A stretch of DNA of 64,000 nucleotides from a virus. Its lineage: Duplodnaviria > Caudoviricetes. The stretch is taken from positions 1 to 64,000 of the IMG/VR virus record IMGVR_UViG_3300033069_001774, one strand, 5' to 3'. Below are positions 58,257-64,000 of the stretch, piece after piece. A model generated the notes under the pieces. The model was given only the letters and a program-made list of their open reading frames with translations, made no database searches and was not told the DNA's origin. The translations under genes and the position numbers were made by a program. The first letter of the stretch is position 1. Each line of letters starts with the position of its first letter.

Positions 58257-60951
58257 CTTCGTCGCATTTTTGCTTTTGTCTGCTTTGGCGCTGGGTCAAA
58301 ATGGCCCCGCCGTGGGGCAATTCTCGATCCCGGGGCGCGTGCACGCAGACGGGGGTTTGACGCCATTCAATTTCGCGATGACGCCGCTGCGGTTGTGGGG
58401 CACTAACTCAGCAGGCGCGCCTCAGCCTATCGCGCTGGGGTCGGGTTTGTCTTTGTCGGGTGGGACTCTTACGGCTTCCGGAGGCTCCGGAGGTGGGTCG
58501 CTTAATTCTGTTGCATTGACAGCTCCTTCAATTTTCACTGTGACGGGCTCACCCCTGACCGCAGACGGCACAATAGCGCTTTCTCTCGGCACGCAAACGG
58601 CGAACAAAGTATGGGCCGGTCCGGCTTCTGGAGCTGCGGCAGCTCCCACGTTCCGTGCATTGGTAGCGAATGACTTGCCGGATATGTCCAGCGTGTATCA
58701 ACCGTTTGCAGCAGCGCTTACCACGTTCGCCACAAACGGTTCTGCGTATTATCGATCGCGCGCTAATCACACTGGGACTCAACTCCTGGCGACCATCAGC
58801 GATGCTGGATCCCTGGCGGGACTCAGCGCGGTTACTACTTCGCAAATCACCGATGGCACCATCACCGATGCGGATATCTCAGCAAGCGCGACCATTGCAC
58901 TGTCGAAGCTGGCGACGGACCCCTTGGCCCGGGCCAACCACACAGGCACCCAGCTCCTGGCGACCATCAGCGACGCCGGCGCGCTGGCTGCCCTGAGCGC
59001 CGTGACCACCTCGCAGATCACCGACAGCACCATCGTTAATGCGGACATCAGCACCTCTGCAGCCATCGCGCTGTCGAAGCTGGCAACGGACCCTCTAGCA
59101 CGTGCAAACCACACAGGCACCCAGGACTGGAGCACTCTGACCAACGTGCCCGTAAACCTCAGCACTTATGCAGGCATCGCACCTTCGCCCAATGTGCAGA
59201 CCTTGCTGGGAGCTGCAAACTTTGCAGCGTTTAAAGTCTCTCTCAGCCTGGGCAACGTCGAGAACACAGCATTATCAACGTGGGCGGGCTCAACAAACCT
59301 GACCACACTTGGTACCATTACAGCAGGCACGTGGAATGGCGCCGCCATTGGTGATGCCTACATCTCGTCAGCTTCAGTATGGAGCGCCAAAGAAAGCGCG
59401 TTGACGTTCTCGACGGGGCTCACCCGCTCGGTTAACACCATCACGGTCAATGCCACGCAAAGCATTTCCAAGCTGAGCAATCTGACCAGCAACGGTTTCG
59501 TAAAAGCCAGCGGCGGTGACGGTACGCTCAGCATTGACACCAGCACCTATCTGACGTCAGCCGCTGCCGACAACGTCTACCAGCCGCTGAACAGCAATCT
59601 CAACACGCTGGCGGCGGGCTTTGGAGGCCTTTTTGTTTCACCTGGGCTAGTTCGCTGGAATGGCACGGGTTATGAGCTTTTATCGAGCGGCGTCCCAACA
59701 ACGGCAGGCGGCACAGGCCTGTATGTTTATACGCTCGGGGACATGCTTTACAGCAGCGGCAGTTCAACCGCACTATCCAAACTTTCAGGCAACACGTCTA
59801 CCACAAAGAAGTTCCTCACACAAACCGGCGATGGCTTAGCATCTGCCGCCCCCGCATGGGGAACAGTCGCCGCCAGTGATCTCACCGGTACGTCTGCCAA
59901 TGTGCAGACGTTGTTAGGTGCCGCTGATTATGCCGCGTTCAAGGCATCGCTTAGTTTGGGGAATGTTGAAAACGTCGCCATCAGCGGGTGGGTGGGGTCT
60001 AGTAATATCCTAACCGTTGGAGCAGTGAGCAGCGGCATCTGGCAGGCCACCGCCATCGCGGATGCTTACATCTCTTCAGCCTCAATTTGGAACGGCAAGG
60101 AAAGTGCCCTGACCTTTTCCTCTCCGCTATCCCGCAGCACCAACACTATCAGCCTTGCGGCCAGCGGTGTCACGGCTGCCACTTATGGGACGAGCACCGC
60201 AGCTCCCAGCCTCACGGTCAATACCTATGGTCTGATCACGGGTGTTACAACAAACACGATCACCCCCGCCGTTGGCAGCATCACCGGCTTGGGAACGGGT
60301 GTTGCGTCAGCGCTTGGTACCAATACCGGCTCATTAGGAGCACCGGTGCTTTTCAATCTCGCTGGTGGCACCCCCAGCTCCATCACTCTGACCAATGGCA
60401 CCGGCCTGCCAGTCTCTGGTATCACGTCGAGCACCACGACGGGTCTTGGCCTTGGCAGCATCGAGCTCGGACATGCCAGCGATACCACACTGACTCGCTC
60501 ATCTGCCGGCGTGCTGGCGGTAGAGGGTGTGAACGTGTTGCTTTCCGGTGGGGCGCTGGGAACACCTTCCAGTGGCAATGTGACAAACTGCACGGTCAAG
60601 GAACATATTATTGTACCCTGCTCGGACGAAACGACCGCGCTCACAACTGGTGTAAAACGCACCTTTCGCATGCCTTGTGCGATGACGCTGACCAGCGTCC
60701 TCATCGAGGTTAACACGGCCCCGACCGGCTCTGTAATCGTGGTCGACGTCAAAGCTGGGGGTAGCACGATATTTTCGACAAAGCCACAAATTGCCATTTC
60801 CGCCTTCGACAGTTACGGCGGCGCGGTTCCCGGTGTGCTTTCTACAACCTCCCTACCCATCAGGACAGAGATCATTATTTCGGTCGATCAGATCGGAAGC
60901 ACCATCGCCGGAAAAGGGATCAAGGTCACCTTCATCGGAACCCGTCAATGA
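58237..60951 (+). CDS. Tail-fibre-like protein with an apparent signal peptide and internal repeats
   Basis: AGPASGAAAAPTFRALV, three RANHTGTQ at 171-nt spacing, a duplicated LSLGNVEN module; N-terminus MAYLINSFVAFLLLSALALG-Q. Confidence 0.75.
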   Translation: MAYLINSFVAFLLLSALALGQNGPAVGQFSIPGRVHADGGLTPFNFAMTPLRLWGTNSAGAPQPIALGSGLSLSGGTLTASGGSGGGSLNSVALTAPSIFTVTGSPLTADGTIALSLGTQTANKVWAGPASGAAAAPTFRALVANDLPDMSSVYQPFAAALTTFATNGSAYYRSRANHTGTQLLATISDAGSLAGLSAVTTSQITDGTITDADISASATIALSKLATDPLARANHTGTQLLATISDAGALAALSAVTTSQITDSTIVNADISTSAAIALSKLATDPLARANHTGTQDWSTLTNVPVNLSTYAGIAPSPNVQTLLGAANFAAFKVSLSLGNVENTALSTWAGSTNLTTLGTITAGTWNGAAIGDAYISSASVWSAKESALTFSTGLTRSVNTITVNATQSISKLSNLTSNGFVKASGGDGTLSIDTSTYLTSAAADNVYQPLNSNLNTLAAGFGGLFVSPGLVRWNGTGYELLSSGVPTTAGGTGLYVYTLGDMLYSSGSSTALSKLSGNTSTTKKFLTQTGDGLASAAPAWGTVAASDLTGTSANVQTLLGAADYAAFKASLSLGNVENVAISGWVGSSNILTVGAVSSGIWQATAIADAYISSASIWNGKESALTFSSPLSRSTNTISLAASGVTAATYGTSTAAPSLTVNTYGLITGVTTNTITPAVGSITGLGTGVASALGTNTGSLGAPVLFNLAGGTPSSITLTNGTGLPVSGITSSTTTGLGLGSIELGHASDTTLTRSSAGVLAVEGVNVLLSGGALGTPSSGNVTNCTVKEHIIVPCSDETTALTTGVKRTFRMPCAMTLTSVLIEVNTAPTGSVIVVDVKAGGSTIFSTKPQIAISAFDSYGGAVPGVLSTTSLPIRTEIIISVDQIGSTIAGKGIKVTFIGTRQ

Positions 60952-62057
60952 AACGCTTCACCACCATCCTTTGCGCCCTGCTACTGCCGTTGCTGCTGTG
61001 CTCGACCATCTATCTCGACTACCCCGAGACTTCCGCAGCAGGCCCCACGGCATTTCTCGCCACGGTCAACAATTCCTCCAGTGGTTTCACCCTGCCGCTG
61101 GTGAGCGGTGTCACGTATGACTTTTACGTGACCTGGGGGGATGGCAGCGCGGTGGATCACATCACCACCTGGAATCAAGCCCAAGCCACGCATAACTACC
61201 CCACGAATGGCAGTTATCAGATGAGCATCACAGGCACGATGCCGCGCTGGTATTTCAATTACAGCGGCAGCCGTTTGAAGCTCAAGTCGGTTGATTCATG
61301 GGGTTCGATTGCGTGGTCATCCATGGACTCCGCCTTCAGCGGCTGCTCCAATTGCGTGAGCTTCCCCACTGGCGGCGATTTTTCAGCGGTGACTAATTTT
61401 AACTATGCCTGGGCGTATTGCTCGGGGTTGACGAGCTTCCCGCTCATCGACACCAGCCATGTCACCAATTTTTCCAATGCATGGTATAACTGCACCGGGC
61501 TCACGAGCTTCCCGCTCATCAACACCAGTGCTGCCACCACGCTCGCTTTTGCCTGGGCTTACTGCCAGGCCTTGACGAGCTTCCCGCTCATTGACACCAG
61601 CCATGTCACCAGTCTGTATAGCACGTGGATTGTCTGTAATCATCTCACGAGCTTCCCGCTCATCAATACCAGCGCGGTTACCAACATGAACACTACCTGG
61701 GGTTATTGCTCGGGCCTCACGAGCTTCCCGCTCATCGACACCAGCATTGTGACTGACATCTCGACGTGCTTTTACAGCTGCAATCAGCTTACCAGCCTGC
61801 CCGCGCTTAATCTGACAGCAGCGACCAACACACTCAATGCGTTTTTAAACATGTCAGCCATGACAAGCTGCAATGTTTTGAATCTCAAGGTGACGACATC
61901 CTTCGCGAGCAGCAACATGGGAGCAGCGGCACTAAACACCTTGTTTACTAATCTTTCGACTGTCACCAGCAAAACGATCACGGTCACTGGAAATCCCGGG
62001 GCGGCAACCTGCACCCCAAGTATCGCCACAGGCAAAGGCTGGACCGTCACGCAATGA
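60948..62057 (+). CDS. PKD-like plus BspA/DUF285-type leucine-rich-repeat adhesin with a signal peptide
   Basis: VTWGDGS...THNY...GSY..SITG, then 24-aa repeats FPLIDTS.VT....AW..C..LTS. Confidence 0.8.
   Translation: MKRFTTILCALLLPLLLCSTIYLDYPETSAAGPTAFLATVNNSSSGFTLPLVSGVTYDFYVTWGDGSAVDHITTWNQAQATHNYPTNGSYQMSITGTMPRWYFNYSGSRLKLKSVDSWGSIAWSSMDSAFSGCSNCVSFPTGGDFSAVTNFNYAWAYCSGLTSFPLIDTSHVTNFSNAWYNCTGLTSFPLINTSAATTLAFAWAYCQALTSFPLIDTSHVTSLYSTWIVCNHLTSFPLINTSAVTNMNTTWGYCSGLTSFPLIDTSIVTDISTCFYSCNQLTSLPALNLTAATNTLNAFLNMSAMTSCNVLNLKVTTSFASSNMGAAALNTLFTNLSTVTSKTITVTGNPGAATCTPSIATGKGWTVTQ
61431..61735 (+). repeat. Five exact copies of ACGAGCTTCCCGCTCAT at a 72-nt period (coding)
   Basis: Copies start at 61431, 61503, 61575, 61647 and 61719. 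Confidence 0.9.
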
Positions 62058-62061
62058 CCCC

Positions 62062-62532
62062 ATGAATAAAATTCTTTTCAACACCCAGACGCAGAGTTTT
62101 CAACCTTACCCGCGTGATGACGATGAAGAGGTGATCGGCCTCGATCCGATCTATTTGGTCTACACCGTCAATCAAGACGCACCGCCCTCGTACGATCCTG
62201 CGCTGCAGCACCTGCAGCAGACGGAAAGCGTTGATCACACCGCCCGTACTGTTCAGCGTGGCTGGGCTTTGGTAGACAATGTCATCAGCGTCTCCATGAC
62301 CTCCATGCGCCAGGCTTTGACCGATGCCGGGTTCCGCCAGGCCGTGATCGATGCCATCGCAGCCATCCCTGATGAAACGCAGAGGCTTTACGCGCAAGAC
62401 TGGTGGGCTACATCACCCGTGGTGGAGAAGGAACATCCGCTTGTGATTGCGCTTGCTGCAGCTCTTGGACAGACACAGGAACAAGTCGACGCCGTATTCG
62501 CTGCGGCGAAACTTAAAGATTCTGCCGCTTGA
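62062..62532 (+). CDS. Tail-fibre assembly or chaperone-like protein
   Basis: PP.YDP..Q.L...V.RGW; V...I..I.D......WW....VE..HPLV......LG.T..QVD..F..A. Confidence 0.6.
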   Translation: MNKILFNTQTQSFQPYPRDDDEEVIGLDPIYLVYTVNQDAPPSYDPALQHLQQTESVDHTARTVQRGWALVDNVISVSMTSMRQALTDAGFRQAVIDAIAAIPDETQRLYAQDWWATSPVVEKEHPLVIALAAALGQTQEQVDAVFAAAKLKDSAA

Positions 62533-62560
62533 TGTTTCACCTGTCATTAACGTGATCAAT

Positions 62561-63766
62561 ATGCATACCAAACTTGTACTCGTAATCTTGCTGCTCTGCG
62601 GCCGAGGTGTTTATGCGCAGTCGGCTGTGCAAAGCCCGCATCAGCCACGCAGCGCTGCGCTCAGCACAATAGCCACCAATGGGGCTGCCTATTATTTGAA
62701 TCGCGCCAATCATACAGGCACCCAGCTGCTGAGCACAATCAGTGACGCCGGAGACCTGGCCGCCCTGGACACCGTGACGTCTGCGAAGATTGAAGACCTC
62801 ACCATCGTGTCAGGAGACATCGCCAATGGAACTATTGCTCGTGGCAAATTAGATCCCGGCGCCTATTCGACAGGTGGCAATTGGACGGCGGACAGCGGCA
62901 AGCTGGTTCAATTTCAAAACAACGGCGAGATCACCGCCACCAGTTCAGTTACGGCGGTTGCCACAACAGGTACGTGGAAACAGTCTGGGCAGGTGAAGCC
63001 AGACGGTTTCCTTTTTCAAAACGTCGGGGGGGTGTCCGGCCGGTTCTTCAACTTTATAATGCCCGCCATCTCCGGCTCCCGCGCTGTTTATCTTCCCAGC
63101 GAATCAGGAACCCTCGCCCGCGTGGAGGACATCACACCCGCGCAACTGACGCAGTCGGGCGCGACCACCGGGCAGGGTATTGTGTGGAACGGGACCGCCT
63201 GGGCACCCGGGACTGTTGGCGGGGCGCTCACCGTTGGCACCACTGATGTCGCGAGCGGTGCTAGTGGTCATTTGATGTATGAAACGTCGGGCAATAAACT
63301 TGGCGAAATTTCTGGTGTCACCAGTGATGGTGCTTCTCTTTTGTTTTCCAGCAGCGCGACCCTTAGCTGGAACAGCGACACGTATGTGGCACGAAAGGCC
63401 GCAGCGACTCTTCAGGTCGGTCAGGACGTAAATGCAGATGCCGCGGACCAAGTAATCAAGGCTGCTGATGGGGTCACCGGAACCAACCGCAATGGCGGGG
63501 ATCTGACCATGGCGTCTGGGAATTCCACGGGCACAGGCACCAGTGCTGTCACAGTCAAAACACCAGCGGCCGGCAGCAGTGGAACGACCGCGCACACAGC
63601 CGTAGAGCGCCTCCGCATTGACAGTACAGGCGTGTGGATTGAAAACACCACAGCACCCGCTTCCAATCCTGCCGCAGGCTCTTTCATCCTCTACGTGGAC
63701 CCAGCAGACAACACACTTCGCGCACGCGGATCCAGCGGAACCATCACCATCCTCGCAAACCCATGA
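62561..63766 (+). CDS. Tail-fibre-like protein with an apparent signal peptide
   Basis: MHTKLVLVILLLCGRGVYA-Q; shares the RANHTGTQLL.TISDAG module; ERLRIDS.G. Confidence 0.7.
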   Translation: MHTKLVLVILLLCGRGVYAQSAVQSPHQPRSAALSTIATNGAAYYLNRANHTGTQLLSTISDAGDLAALDTVTSAKIEDLTIVSGDIANGTIARGKLDPGAYSTGGNWTADSGKLVQFQNNGEITATSSVTAVATTGTWKQSGQVKPDGFLFQNVGGVSGRFFNFIMPAISGSRAVYLPSESGTLARVEDITPAQLTQSGATTGQGIVWNGTAWAPGTVGGALTVGTTDVASGASGHLMYETSGNKLGEISGVTSDGASLLFSSSATLSWNSDTYVARKAAATLQVGQDVNADAADQVIKAADGVTGTNRNGGDLTMASGNSTGTGTSAVTVKTPAAGSSGTTAHTAVERLRIDSTGVWIENTTAPASNPAAGSFILYVDPADNTLRARGSSGTITILANP

Positions 63767-64000
63767 TCGCACGCAATTTATTCTGGAACCAGGGAGCCCC
63801 ACCGTCTGTCGGCGACTTCCTGAAAGTCAAGGACACCACCACCGGTGAAATGGAGGTGGGTACTCCTGCGGGCGGTGCGCTTGTACGCGGGAGCGGCTTG
63901 CTGCAGGGTGACACTTCCCCAGGTGCTGCCGCCACTTTAGCGCCAGACCTCACTGTTACCTTTGGTCTTATTCCGGTCGATGGTACTATATGGTCTTTGG
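63763..64000 (+). CDS. 5' part of a gene running off the window
   Basis: ATGA overlap; MIARNLFWNQGAPP... is open to the window end. Confidence 0.55.
   Translation, partial: MIARNLFWNQGAPPSVGDFLKVKDTTTGEMEVGTPAGGALVRGSGLLQGDTSPGAAATLAPDLTVTFGLIPVDGTIWSL

Larger units (their letters stand above)
1..64000 (+). mobile_element. Segment of a large (jumbo-like) myovirus genome
   Basis: Co-oriented dense genes: capsid, sheath, tube, baseplate, endolysin, tRNAs, split RNAP subunit. No host housekeeping operons or integrase seen. Confidence 0.9.

Noticed and set aside
61431-61735. CRISPR-like regularly spaced repeats
   Set aside because: The period is exactly 24 codons inside an open reading frame, the spacers are homologous to each other, and no cas genes are present.
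1-64000. Stop-codon reassignment
   Set aside because: Genes are full length under code 11, and TAA, TAG and TGA all terminate genes; no suppressor tRNA was found.
58237-64000. Diversity-generating retroelement acting on the fibres
   Set aside because: No reverse transcriptase and no adenine-specific TR/VR pair is visible in this window.

Overview
This is a 64-kb segment of a large, GC-rich tailed dsDNA phage genome (myovirus-type, probably a jumbo phage), with all credible genes on the + strand. From left to right it carries: (1) structural and fibre-like genes (0-4.6 kb); (2) an accessory region (4.6-17.3 kb) with small genes, a tandem family of paralogous ~80-aa domains, holin/spanin/lipoprotein genes, a HAD-domain gene, a ~1,040-aa protein containing thymidylate kinase and a CHAP endolysin; (3) an RNA cluster (17.3-19.0 kb) of four tRNAs, an HNH endonuclease and several unexplained structured RNAs; (4) the C-terminal half of a split RNA polymerase beta' subunit; (5) a head module (protease-like, scaffold-like and major capsid genes) whose proteins are rich in K-x-A motifs; (6) a contractile tail module with a likely -1 frameshift in the chaperone gene, a sigma-like factor and a CxxC cassette; (7) fibre and adhesin genes. 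The most unusual observations are: four fibre/adhesin proteins with apparent Sec signal peptides; two arrays of unannotated structured RNAs; a five-copy diversified domain family; a 24-nt element copied from inside the capsid gene into its 3' UTR; an adhesin with identical 17-nt anchors every 72 nt; and a possible phage-encoded disulfide relay. All assignments come from motif recognition and gene order only; no searches were run.
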